DNA from: a virus | Lineage: Duplodnaviria; Caudoviricetes | Direction: 5' to 3' (one strand) | IMG/VR virus record: IMGVR_UViG_3300042549_006197 | Span: 9,164-73,163 of that record | DNA: 64,000 nucleotides | In this document: in pieces, positions 17,921-25,755 of the stretch | How the letters are laid out: every line of letters begins with the position of its first letter | How positions within the stretch are numbered: position 1 is the first letter of the stretch | Translations under genes and position numbers: made by a program | Notes under the pieces: model-generated | What the model saw: the letters and a program-made list of their open reading frames with translations, nothing else | Told to the model about the DNA's origin: nothing | Databases searched by the model: none

Positions 17921-18005
17921 TTTGGGCGAGGGTGTCTGACCACGATAATCTACGATTCAGCGGAGGGGACCCTTCGTTTAATACAACGTCCCTTGTTGTA
18001 CCCAA
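17921..18005 (-). ncRNA. candidate structured RNA between tRNAs
   Basis: Stems TTGGG/CCCAA, TACAAC/GTTGTA, AGGGT/ACCCT, CTGA/TCAG; loop AAGGGAC complementary to GTCCCCT. Confidence 0.5.
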
Positions 18006-18077
18006 TGGGAACACTGGGAGTTGAACCCAGACTAACCCGTTATAAGCAGGCCGCTCTGACCATTAAGCTATGCTCCC
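18006..18077 (-). tRNA. tRNA-Ile(TAT)
   Basis: GGGAGCA/TGTTCCC acceptor stem, anticodon loop CT-TAT-AA, GGTTCAA. Confidence 0.88.
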
Positions 18078-18299
18078 TTATGATCCCTCTTCGTGATCGG
18101 TGTGGATGCGTATGACTTCCTCATCCACTTTAGGTTCTTCAAATATTTCTATGACTTCATTATAAGGAACCATAACAGCGTTTCCGTGCTCGCTTGTTAT
18201 GATAAACGATTCTCCATTTTCTACTCTATCCATTAGAGAATCAAAGTCTGCCTGAAATTGTTCTACAGTAAATGATTGAAGTTCTTGATTCATTTTCAT
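18078..18299 (-). CDS. Phd/YefM antitoxin-like protein
   Basis: FTVEQFQADFDSLMDRVENGESFIITSEHGNAVMVP matches the Phd/YefM N-terminal pattern. Confidence 0.6.
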   Translation of the reverse strand: MKMNQELQSFTVEQFQADFDSLMDRVENGESFIITSEHGNAVMVPYNEVIEIFEEPKVDEEVIRIHTDHEEGS

Positions 18300-18312
18300 A
18301 AGTAAGTTAATA

Positions 18313-18384
18313 TCGGGGCGACAGGGCTCGAACCTGTGACCTCTGGTTCCCAAAACCAGCATTCTACCGCTGAACTACGCCCCG
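18313..18384 (-). tRNA. tRNA-Pro(TGG)
   Basis: CGGGGCG acceptor, CTGGT-TTTGGGA-ACCAG, GGTTCGA. Confidence 0.93.
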
Positions 18385-18500
18385 TTGTCTTTCTTTGAAT
18401 GTACAGCTATAATACCAAGAATTGGAATAATTGTCAACCCCATTCCACAAAGTCCCAACCAAATCTGACTTGCTGCTAATGCCTCTACAAGATGAAACAT
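18375..18500 (-). CDS. small membrane protein (41 aa)
   Basis: Manual translation MFHLVEALAASQIWLGLCGMGLTIIPILGIIAVH; contains TTGACA-N17-TATTAT promoter for tRNA-Pro. Confidence 0.45.
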   Translation of the reverse strand: MFHLVEALAASQIWLGLCGMGLTIIPILGIIAVHSKKDNGA

Positions 18501-18694
18501 TAGTATCCCCTCCAAGTCTTGAACTCATAATAGAAGTATTGATCCATATCACCACTCAACGGTGCGTTAACATCCTTATGAGCCCATTCCATACAAAACT
18601 CTTTTATTTTTATATCACTCATTGCACCTCTTCCCCACATTCTCACAAATGCAGAAGCAGCAAAGTGATATCTTTGTTTAATTTGTGGTTCCAT
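18500..18694 (-). CDS. hypothetical protein
   Basis: 64 aa ORF in tightly packed operon. Confidence 0.65.
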   Translation of the reverse strand: MEPQIKQRYHFAASAFVRMWGRGAMSDIKIKEFCMEWAHKDVNAPLSGDMDQYFYYEFKTWRGY

Positions 18695-18698
18695 TTAA

Positions 18699-18878
18699 TT
18701 ACTTGTCTTTTAATAGTTCTTCTACTCTTTTACGCATGTTGGTACTATCTTGATTGAGATAGTCCCTCAAAGAATACCCACGATGACCTCGTAGGATACA
18801 TGTTCCTTGATAGAACATCGTGGAAGCAAAAACTAATAACAGTATACAACCAATTAGTTCAATGTGATTTTGAGCCAT
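18699..18878 (-). CDS. small membrane protein (59 aa)
   Basis: Manual translation MAQNHIELIGCILLLVFASTMFYQG... Confidence 0.55.
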   Translation of the reverse strand: MAQNHIELIGCILLLVFASTMFYQGTCILRGHRGYSLRDYLNQDSTNMRKRVEELLKDK

Positions 18879-19057
18879 GGCAGTAATGGTGGAATGACAC
18901 CTATGAGTCTGAGGAGACCTTCAGCAAATAAAGCAAGAACGACCCAACCGACACACATAGAAATAATTGCGGCATTGCGGTTGTGCTGACGAATTGCATT
19001 ATCGATCATCTCCTGTACTTCAGACCGACTTACAAGTTCATCTTGTTCTTGAATCAT
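18854..19057 (-). CDS. small membrane protein
   Basis: EVQEMIDNAIRQHNRNA followed by a TM helix, cyanophage-type. Confidence 0.7.
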   Translation of the reverse strand: MIQEQDELVSRSEVQEMIDNAIRQHNRNAAIISMCVGWVVLALFAEGLLRLIGVIPPLLPWLKITLN

Positions 19058-19203
19058 TTTTCATCTCCAAGAAATTTTGCTAAGGGATCTCTTCTGGTTT
19101 TTACAATTTCAACTGCTCTTTTATAGAACATATTATCCGTATTACCAGAAGATTCAAAGGTTTCTTTGATCTTCACCCAATTATCATAGGTGTGTTGATC
19201 CAT
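19054..19203 (-). CDS. hypothetical protein (49 aa)
   Basis: Manual translation MDQHTYDNWVKIKETFESSGNTDNMFYKRA...; ATGA coupling. Confidence 0.65.
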   Translation of the reverse strand: MDQHTYDNWVKIKETFESSGNTDNMFYKRAVEIVKTRRDPLAKFLGDEK

Positions 19204-19298
19204 GAGTTTGTAGTGATAATACTACTATATACTAATCACTACAGTTCAAAAGTCAACCATTGTGTTCATTATGTAACACTGTTTAAGAAATTATTAAA

Positions 19299-20471
19299 TC
19301 ACCAGAAATTTATATAGGTATCCTTAAACTCCATTTTTTGTCCCATCATACCAGCATGAACTTGAAGATAGTCTTCATATCCAAAACATCCAATGTTGAA
19401 ATATTCATTTGAAGAGAATTTTCTATCGTGTTGAAGAGCATCTTCATAATATTCTTTATTTGTATTATATGAAATATTCAACAAATCATTTGCCCTTTCT
19501 TTAACATCAACCCAAAACGAAGTTTCATGTTTTGACCCATAGCTATAATGCCATGCTAAAGACAATTGATAATCAAACATGTCTTTGTAGTATTTTTGAT
19601 TATATTTTATATAATTTTCGTGTTTTTTATCTTCAACAAATTGACAAATATGGGCGGCAAATCGTTTGTAATAGTATAATGATAGGGCTTGTAATGGTTC
19701 CAAAAACATTAATCTATTTCCATTATAAGAACAAAAACGATTTTGAATCATTTTTTTGCAATATTTTGGTTCCCAAGATATATGTTTTACATCTTCACAT
19801 CCAATACTTTTTCTTGCATCTTCAATACTTGTAAATTTTGAATTAAAAAGATATCCGTGTTTGATTAAGTTTTTATCTGGAAATGGAAGACCAAATTGCC
19901 AACCATGTTCTGTTGATAAATGATGTGTGTATGGTTGACTATTAGAGCACTCTTTAGAGTAAACAAATGCATTGTTCACCGTTTCAAAAATTGGTTTTCT
20001 ATATTCATCTCCCCTATCCCATCCAGAACAACAAATTAAGTGATCATACGGAATATCATTAATGATTACTTTTTCTGCATCCAAATCCACATCATATTTT
20101 TCAATTTTAAACGCATGGTATTTAACGCCACGATTTTCTAAAATATCATGAATAAATTTATTGAATATTCCACTTTCAAAATGAAAAGCAATCGCATTGG
20201 AATTAAAATAATGTCGGAAAGTATTTCCTATTCCCCATCCGTCAAATAATATACCATTTTTAAGTGAAACAATATTTTCATCTATTAAATCGCCTATTGA
20301 GATATTTAATGTTTCTTTAATTATTCCTGCAATATGTGGAGTTGTAGATTCTCCAACATTCAAATGCGGTTTACTTGGATCATAGTATATCTCAACTTTA
20401 TGTCCACGTCCAATACATGTAAGTGCAGTTATAATAGCAGACGTACCTTTTCCTAAAATTGCTATTTTCAT
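19299..20471 (-). CDS. flavin-dependent tryptophan halogenase-like protein
   Basis: GKGTSA FAD motif, VGESTTP, K.GI.F.GW (catalytic Lys context), GWQFGLP, FLEPLQA. Confidence 0.8.
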   Translation of the reverse strand: MKIAILGKGTSAIITALTCIGRGHKVEIYYDPSKPHLNVGESTTPHIAGIIKETLNISIGDLIDENIVSLKNGILFDGWGIGNTFRHYFNSNAIAFHFESGIFNKFIHDILENRGVKYHAFKIEKYDVDLDAEKVIINDIPYDHLICCSGWDRGDEYRKPIFETVNNAFVYSKECSNSQPYTHHLSTEHGWQFGLPFPDKNLIKHGYLFNSKFTSIEDARKSIGCEDVKHISWEPKYCKKMIQNRFCSYNGNRLMFLEPLQALSLYYYKRFAAHICQFVEDKKHENYIKYNQKYYKDMFDYQLSLAWHYSYGSKHETSFWVDVKERANDLLNISYNTNKEYYEDALQHDRKFSSNEYFNIGCFGYEDYLQVHAGMMGQKMEFKDTYINFW

Positions 20472-20488
20472 TTGACACTACTTATAAA

Positions 20489-20573
20489 CGGAAGGGGTGG
20501 GATTCGAACCCACGGATGCTTTCACATCGCTAGTTTTCAAGACTAGAGCCTTCAACCACTCGACCACCCTTCC
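20489..20573 (-). tRNA. tRNA-Ser(TGA)
   Basis: Long variable arm, CTAGT-CTTGAAA-ACTAG, G discriminator. Confidence 0.93.
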
Positions 20574-20578
20574 AATAT

Positions 20579-20827
20579 TTAACGAATGTCAAATTCGAGT
20601 TTACGAACTTTACGCTGTCTCCTTGCCTCCTGAAAGGCAAGGTCTTGGGATGAAAGAATACCAGATTGTTTTTTCTGGTTATGCGATTCTACCACAACTA
20701 TTTGAGATAAGTCAATCGCAGAGATCTTGTCCTCTTTCACTGACATCTGATTTGGGCAACCGCAAACCTGTAGTTTGGATGTACCAATCAATTCTTTGTT
20801 GCAGCATTTGCATCTGACTACTAACAT
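20579..20827 (-). CDS. small Zn-ribbon protein
   Basis: CKCC...CGCPN; ends RRQRKVRKLEFDIR. Confidence 0.7.
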   Translation of the reverse strand: MLVVRCKCCNKELIGTSKLQVCGCPNQMSVKEDKISAIDLSQIVVVESHNQKKQSGILSSQDLAFQEARRQRKVRKLEFDIR

Positions 20828-20923
20828 GATCCAATTTACCTTTAATCTCTTCTAATTCTTCGTGAATATCTTGATGATGAAACCTCAAGGGTCCCTGAAT
20901 AAGTTTACTAATAGTTTTCTTTT

Positions 20924-21361
20924 TCATTCTTTTAAAAAGGAACGTAACATCCAAACATTTTTACCATGTGCTTCCATTAAATCTTGAACTAGATTTGCTG
21001 TAGCATATTGTCTTTGTTTTTCCGACTCTTCTGAAATTTTAGCACACATTTCACAAAATGTCTTGTTATCAGCAAGCAATTGACTGACCATCGATTCTGC
21101 AGTTGATGAAGTTTTTGCCTCAGGAATTTCCGAAGTTTCAACAACCATACTAATTGGACCTATGGCTTTCATGCGAAGATATCGCATGTGTTCTGTAAGG
21201 CGATCAATTTCACTAAACATTGTTTCATATTGATTGCCAAACAGTTTATGCAATTGTGGAAAATCAGATCCCACTACATTCCAATGATAAACCCAGGTTT
21301 TCTGAAATAAACAGAAAAGACTTGTTTGTGCTTTATGAAGAAGTTCGTATAACTCGTCCAT
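20924..21361 (-). CDS. dps: Dps/ferritin-like DNA protection protein
   Basis: HWNVVGSDFPQLHKLF, EIDRLTEH, HGKNVWMLRS; start MDELY. Confidence 0.88.
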   Translation of the reverse strand: MDELYELLHKAQTSLFCLFQKTWVYHWNVVGSDFPQLHKLFGNQYETMFSEIDRLTEHMRYLRMKAIGPISMVVETSEIPEAKTSSTAESMVSQLLADNKTFCEMCAKISEESEKQRQYATANLVQDLMEAHGKNVWMLRSFLKE

Positions 21362-21374
21362 TATCTTTTTGAAG

Positions 21375-21382
21375 TATTTATA
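21375..21382 (-). promoter_or_regulatory. T4-type late promoter
   Basis: TATAAATA just upstream of dps. Confidence 0.75.
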
Positions 21383-21384
21383 AG

Positions 21385-21456
21385 TGGGCGAAGAGGGGAT
21401 CGAACCCCCGACAGCTTGCTTGTAAGGCAAGAGCTCTACCGCTGAGCTATTCGCCC
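21385..21456 (-). tRNA. tRNA-Val(TAC)
   Basis: CTTGC-CTTACAA-GCAAG anticodon arm, cloverleaf. Confidence 0.93.
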
Positions 21457-21460
21457 TAGG

Positions 21461-21533
21461 CTCCCCCACCTGGACTCGAACCAGGAACCCCAGTGTTAAC
21501 AGCACCGTGCTCTGCCAATTGAGCTATAGAGGA
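21461..21533 (-). tRNA. tRNA-Asn(GTT)
   Basis: TCCTCTA acceptor, CGGTG-CTGTTAA-CACTG. Confidence 0.93.
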
Positions 21534-21553
21534 ATAAGAACCCGAAGGTTCAG

Positions 21554-21625
21554 AGCGGATGACCCGATTCGAACGGGCGACGAACTGCTTGGAAGGCAGC
21601 CATTCTACCACTGAATTACATCCGC
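21554..21625 (-). tRNA. tRNA-Gly(TCC)
   Basis: GCGGATG/CATCCGC, loop CT-TCC-AA, U discriminator. Confidence 0.93.
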
Positions 21626-21633
21626 ATGAGACA

Positions 21634-21662
21634 ATTATAGAGTAATTGAGTATAATTGTCAA
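21634..21662 (-). promoter_or_regulatory. consensus sigma70 promoter for tRNA-Gly/Asn/Val
   Basis: TTGACA-N17-TATAAT, perfect consensus. Confidence 0.85.
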
Positions 21663-21736
21663 CAGGTCCAGCAGGACTCGAACCTGCGACACACAGCTTA
21701 GAAGGCTGTTGTTCTATCCATCTGAACTATGGACCC
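21663..21736 (-). tRNA. tRNA-Arg(TCT)
   Basis: ACAGC-CTTCTAA-GCTGT, cloverleaf. Confidence 0.93.
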
Positions 21737-21749
21737 TAACGACTTTCTT

Positions 21750-21778
21750 ATTATACTAGTCCTTGGGGCAGTCGTCAA
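21750..21778 (-). promoter_or_regulatory. sigma70 promoter for tRNA-Arg
   Basis: TTGACG-N17-TATAAT. Confidence 0.8.
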
Positions 21779-22169
21779 CCCATATAGAACAGATTCTCAT
21801 TGGTGGTGCAAGTGCTTTACATTCATCAGTGTAGCACACAGTCTCATCATTTTTTTCTTCCACATATTTTTGTTTATATTTACGAGTATAATCGGAAATA
21901 ATCCGATCATACTCTGGCGTAACATCACGAATCGCTTTGTCTACATCTCTTTTGACTCTGCGTTCTACTTTGTCAGGATCTTGAATAAGAATCTCATTAA
22001 GAATAGTTTGTGGAAAATACTTTCTTTGAATTTCATCCAATAAGTCCCAAAGTCCATCTTCTGATGCTCCAGTGCATTGTGAGAGTGTTGCAATTATACT
22101 TGATAATACTACACTAAGTATAAGTAATTGTTTTTTATCTGGTTTCTTTTTACCAAAATTGAAGTTCAT
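21756..22169 (-). CDS. hypothetical membrane-anchored protein
   Basis: N-terminal TM helix; C-terminal CYTDEC..C..C. Confidence 0.7.
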   Translation of the reverse strand: MNFNFGKKKPDKKQLLILSVVLSSIIATLSQCTGASEDGLWDLLDEIQRKYFPQTILNEILIQDPDKVERRVKRDVDKAIRDVTPEYDRIISDYTRKYKQKYVEEKNDETVCYTDECKALAPPMRICSIWVDDCPKD

Positions 22170-22335
22170 CTTCTAGACCTTCAAGATAAATTTTTAGAGC
22201 TTTTTCTAATTCTTCCTCAGTTAAATTTGGCTCATAATGTAAGTATGTATCAAGAGTAATTTTACAACGAGTCTTAAGTTGATTATCACTCGACCAACTT
22301 AAAAGTTTTGATACAACCTTTGCTGAGATTGACAT
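22150..22335 (-). CDS. hypothetical protein
   Basis: 61 aa ORF in operon. Confidence 0.5.
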   Translation of the reverse strand: MSISAKVVSKLLSWSSDNQLKTRCKITLDTYLHYEPNLTEEELEKALKIYLEGLEDELQFW

Positions 22336-22355
22336 ATAGAAAATTCAATCCAATG

Positions 22356-24065
22356 CTATTTATTTGGAACGTAAACTATCTGATTAATTTCGGGAAGATA
22401 CAAATATTCCAATTCAGATCTTCTTAGAGTGTTCAAAGCATCATCAATAGTTTCTACTATTGGATCTCCAGCAAGATTAAAAGATGTATTAAACAAAATT
22501 GGAACACTAGTTTTTTTATAAAAGTCTTTAATCAAATTATAGTAATGAAAATTTTGTTCTTCAGTTACAGTTTGAATTCTACATGTATTATCAACATGAA
22601 TCACCGAAGGAATAATGTCTTTTACTCCAGGCAATGCATCAAAAGAATACATCATATGTGGAGATTCCTCAATCAAAGACATATCAAACCATTTATGAGA
22701 TTCTTCTAATAATACTGAACACGCAAAAGGTCTGAAAGGTTCTCTTCTCTTAACTCGATTCACAATATCTTTTCCATTTTTAATTCTCGGATCAAAAAGA
22801 ATACTTCTATTACCAAGTGCTCTAGGACCAGCTTCAGATTTTCCCTGAAAAATGGATACTATATTTCCACCAATTAACAAATCTGTCACATCAGAATAAC
22901 TTGCATTTTCAATTAAATTTTCATTAATTTCAATTTTAAAATTGTAATCGGAGAAATTTCCACACAAATATAAATGATCCGGAACAATTAATTTTTTATG
23001 ATCATTATGAATGGAATGTAATTGACATACGCCAATACTATTTCCCTCATCTCCACACAAAGGATCTACATATAAATTAATTTCTTTTGAAAGATTTTTT
23101 TTAATAAAACTATTTGCAACAATATTTAAAGTTACTCCTCCAGTAAGTATTAAATTTTTGCATGAATGTTTTTTTAGTATTTTTTGAATATAATTGAGTT
23201 CTATTTTTTCTAAAGATTTTTGAGTTTCATAAGAAAAATCTAACAACATTTCTTCATTTTCTTCAATATTTGTTTCCAAAAAATTAAATTCTTCTACATT
23301 TATTTTTTTACCACAAAACAAATCTGGTTTAAATGAACCCCCATCACAAATTAAATTTGATAGAAATTTATTTTCTTTTCCGTAAGAATGTAATCCCATT
23401 AATTTGCCACAATCTTCCTCATCATATCCAAAATGTTCAGCAACATGACTATAATAATGCCCAATATCATGGATTGTCCCGTTTATTTCGGGTTTAAAAT
23501 CCGATTCTATTTTATAAGCTAAAATGGCATTATTTGCAACGTATTCTGTAAAAAATATTATTTTTAAATTCTTTAAGTCTGATTCAATTTTAGATTGGGG
23601 ACGATATACTTTTTTATTCAGCAATTTAAAACCTTCTTCGTAAGATGCATGAAAAACAGATGTTGTTTCATATGCATTTGTCCCATCACTCAAATTATAA
23701 TTTGATCCTCTTCCATCCCAAACAATAATTAATGCTTCCTCAAAATTGGAGGAAGAAAATGCTTTAGATGCATGACATAAATGATGTGGTTTATGATATC
23801 CGTAATAATCTTTTACATTAAATCCAAGATAACGAGCGACACTATCTACAGCATAATAGGTGTCATTGTTGTGATTGTAATCAGTTATAAGCAACAAATC
23901 TATTTCTGTCGTTATTTTTTTTATTTCTTGCAAACAATTTACAGGAATTCCCCCACATTTTTTTCTTTTAGATAATCTTTCTTCTTGATTGAAATATATT
24001 AAACTTCCATTATCAAAAAGACACGCAGAACTTAAGTGACCAATATTAACACCAAGTATTTTCAT
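22356..24065 (-). CDS. carbamoyltransferase (CmcH/NodU family)
   Basis: EERLSKRK, HHLCHA, DGRG, GKLMGL, GPRALGNRSIL, KRREPFRPFA, NTSFN. Confidence 0.92.
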   Translation of the reverse strand: MKILGVNIGHLSSACLFDNGSLIYFNQEERLSKRKKCGGIPVNCLQEIKKITTEIDLLLITDYNHNNDTYYAVDSVARYLGFNVKDYYGYHKPHHLCHASKAFSSSNFEEALIIVWDGRGSNYNLSDGTNAYETTSVFHASYEEGFKLLNKKVYRPQSKIESDLKNLKIIFFTEYVANNAILAYKIESDFKPEINGTIHDIGHYYSHVAEHFGYDEEDCGKLMGLHSYGKENKFLSNLICDGGSFKPDLFCGKKINVEEFNFLETNIEENEEMLLDFSYETQKSLEKIELNYIQKILKKHSCKNLILTGGVTLNIVANSFIKKNLSKEINLYVDPLCGDEGNSIGVCQLHSIHNDHKKLIVPDHLYLCGNFSDYNFKIEINENLIENASYSDVTDLLIGGNIVSIFQGKSEAGPRALGNRSILFDPRIKNGKDIVNRVKRREPFRPFACSVLLEESHKWFDMSLIEESPHMMYSFDALPGVKDIIPSVIHVDNTCRIQTVTEEQNFHYYNLIKDFYKKTSVPILFNTSFNLAGDPIVETIDDALNTLRRSELEYLYLPEINQIVYVPNK

Positions 24066-24121
24066 AGTAATAACGTATATTCATGGGGAGAATTAATCTC
24101 CCCAATATTTATTCTATTGTA

Positions 24122-24757
24122 TCAAACTTCTACCGTGATCAGTCGAGACACATAATCATGTGCATAATCTGTTCGGGCACCATGATGACCCCAACCAATC
24201 CAACTATACGCATAGTCCATGTAGCGATGAATTGATTTCCCAGGAGTTTTCATCTTCTCCTCAATTCTTTGCCACTGAACTTCATTTGTTAGATAACGAA
24301 GTTGCGTGTGAAGTGATGATGGAGAACCACCATACTTCTTAGCAAAATCACCCAATCCATAATATCTGTTGGCAGATGTCCATTGAATCAGTCCGTAACC
24401 GCGGCCGCAGTTACTCCAACTGGTTCTGCTACCTCCTTCACAAATGTTAGGAACAAAAGTTGATTCCTGACGAATATTACCCATGATGGTAGCAAGGGCG
24501 TTTCTGTCTTTAATACCACGATCCTGGAAGTATGCCAGGGTAGCATTTTCATTTTCATTACACGCTTTACAAATTAGCCTTTTTTCTTTTGGTTTTTCAG
24601 GCGGAGCAACCTCCTTGGTCGCTGTCAGTGTTTCAAACTCCTTAATGATTGAAAATGGCACTGGAGGTGCCGTCAGAGGAGGAAACAGGGGCAGTGTTGC
24701 CACATTGGTTGTAACCGTTGCCAGAAGGGGCAGGGCTACAGTAAAGAATTGTTGCAC
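24122..24757 (-). CDS. secreted cell-wall hydrolase (phage tail lysozyme-like)
   Basis: ALATIMGNIRQES, GYGLIQWT, QLRYL; N-terminal signal and Pro-rich linker; likely GTG start. Confidence 0.75.
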   Translation of the reverse strand: MQQFFTVALPLLATVTTNVATLPLFPPLTAPPVPFSIIKEFETLTATKEVAPPEKPKEKRLICKACNENENATLAYFQDRGIKDRNALATIMGNIRQESTFVPNICEGGSRTSWSNCGRGYGLIQWTSANRYYGLGDFAKKYGGSPSSLHTQLRYLTNEVQWQRIEEKMKTPGKSIHRYMDYAYSWIGWGHHGARTDYAHDYVSRLITVEV

Positions 24758-24759
24758 TA

Positions 24760-24850
24760 GGTTAAATTGAACTCTACATCCCAATAGAGAAAGCACACTT
24801 CCCCCATCTCTGGGGGCAATCTCCTGGGCTCTAATTGTCACATCAATGAC
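24760..24850 (-). ncRNA. candidate structured 5' leader RNA
   Basis: CCCCCA-GAGA-TGGGGG GNRA hairpin enclosed by CCCAGGAGA/TCTCTATTGGG; GC-rich island in an intergenic gap. Confidence 0.45.
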
Positions 24851-24857
24851 TCATAAT

Positions 24858-24886
24858 AAAAAACCCACTCTTTAGAAGTGGGTTTT
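24858..24886 (-). terminator. rho-independent terminator
   Basis: AAAACCCACT...AGTGGGTTTT followed by T-run. Confidence 0.7.
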
Positions 24887-24908
24887 GTGCATTATAAGTG
24901 ATTATTTA

Positions 24909-25133
24909 TTATTTGTCAAGAATGTCAATCTCTTGATCTCCAAATCCAGGGGGTCTCTCAAGTACAAGACACTGCAGGTAGTTAGGACCTTCTGGAGGAT
25001 GAATCCATTCATCAAATTCTTCCGCAATTGCAACCGCATCAAACTGACTTTTCAGATCTCCTTCTGCAAGTTCATGGATACGATCAATACTCCATTGGCG
25101 AGCATACTTAACTGGTTCAATCGTCTTTTCCAT
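24909..25133 (-). CDS. hypothetical protein
   Basis: Likely start MEKTIEP; AIAEEFDEWI. Confidence 0.6.
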   Translation of the reverse strand: MEKTIEPVKYARQWSIDRIHELAEGDLKSQFDAVAIAEEFDEWIHPPEGPNYLQCLVLERPPGFGDQEIDILDK

Positions 25134-25563
25134 AGTAATCTTTTCGGAAGTACCTGCTGAGGATGTTGCTATTGTACCACGCTGGGCTTCCATCGTCAAA
25201 CGATTCTGTGAGTACATTGTTTGCAAATAACTGGCGGGTTTCTTCGAAGTTTGTTTTGCCGCCTGTTTTATGTACTGATAACATAGTTCGACTAAAATTT
25301 TCTCTGCCAAACTTGATAACGTCTTCTTTAAGTTCCGGACAAGACCCATAATACTTTTTCCAATCAGATTCAGATTTTACTTTTCGACTTTTACCCTTTG
25401 GTTTTCGAAATGACCAGAAGTATTTTCTTCCAATATATTTTCTACCGTTTAATTTGTTTTCAATCAAATAAACGAATCCAAAGTTGTCTCCAATATTGTC
25501 GGAAAGAAACACTTGCCCATTATAGTACCATGGGTTCTCATAGTCAATATCGGTACTCATCAA
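25117..25563 (-). CDS. GIY-YIG family endonuclease-like protein
   Basis: FGFVYLIENKLNGRKYIGRK, YYGS, WYNSNI. Confidence 0.75.
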   Translation of the reverse strand: MMSTDIDYENPWYYNGQVFLSDNIGDNFGFVYLIENKLNGRKYIGRKYFWSFRKPKGKSRKVKSESDWKKYYGSCPELKEDVIKFGRENFSRTMLSVHKTGGKTNFEETRQLFANNVLTESFDDGSPAWYNSNILSRYFRKDYYGKDD

Positions 25564-25705
25564 TAAAATTAATGACTTGATTCAGATATTTATGGGCAAG
25601 GCCTTTCATATCCATATCATGCCTTACATGTTCATTATAAAGATTATCTTTTAATTCCAACACACGAGTTTTGATTTCTTCTTTACTAATTAGATTTCTA
25701 GGCAT
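25544..25705 (-). CDS. hypothetical protein (53 aa)
   Basis: Manual translation MPRNLISKEEIKTRVLELK...AHKYLNQVINFIDEYRY. Confidence 0.6.
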   Translation of the reverse strand: MPRNLISKEEIKTRVLELKDNLYNEHVRHDMDMKGLAHKYLNQVINFIDEYRY

Positions 25706-25755
25706 AAAAAAAGAGGAGACTATTGCTCCTCTATGTATATTGTTTTATTTAAATA

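Noticed and set aside
20489-20573. tRNA with TGA as a possible stop-codon suppressor or recoding signal
   Set aside because: TGA is the anticodon (reads UCA, Ser); core genes translate intact with the standard code.
21362-21692. ORF-track N-terminal extension of Dps and a 78-aa ORF
   Set aside because: They overlap clear tRNA genes; the true Dps start is 21361 after a late promoter.
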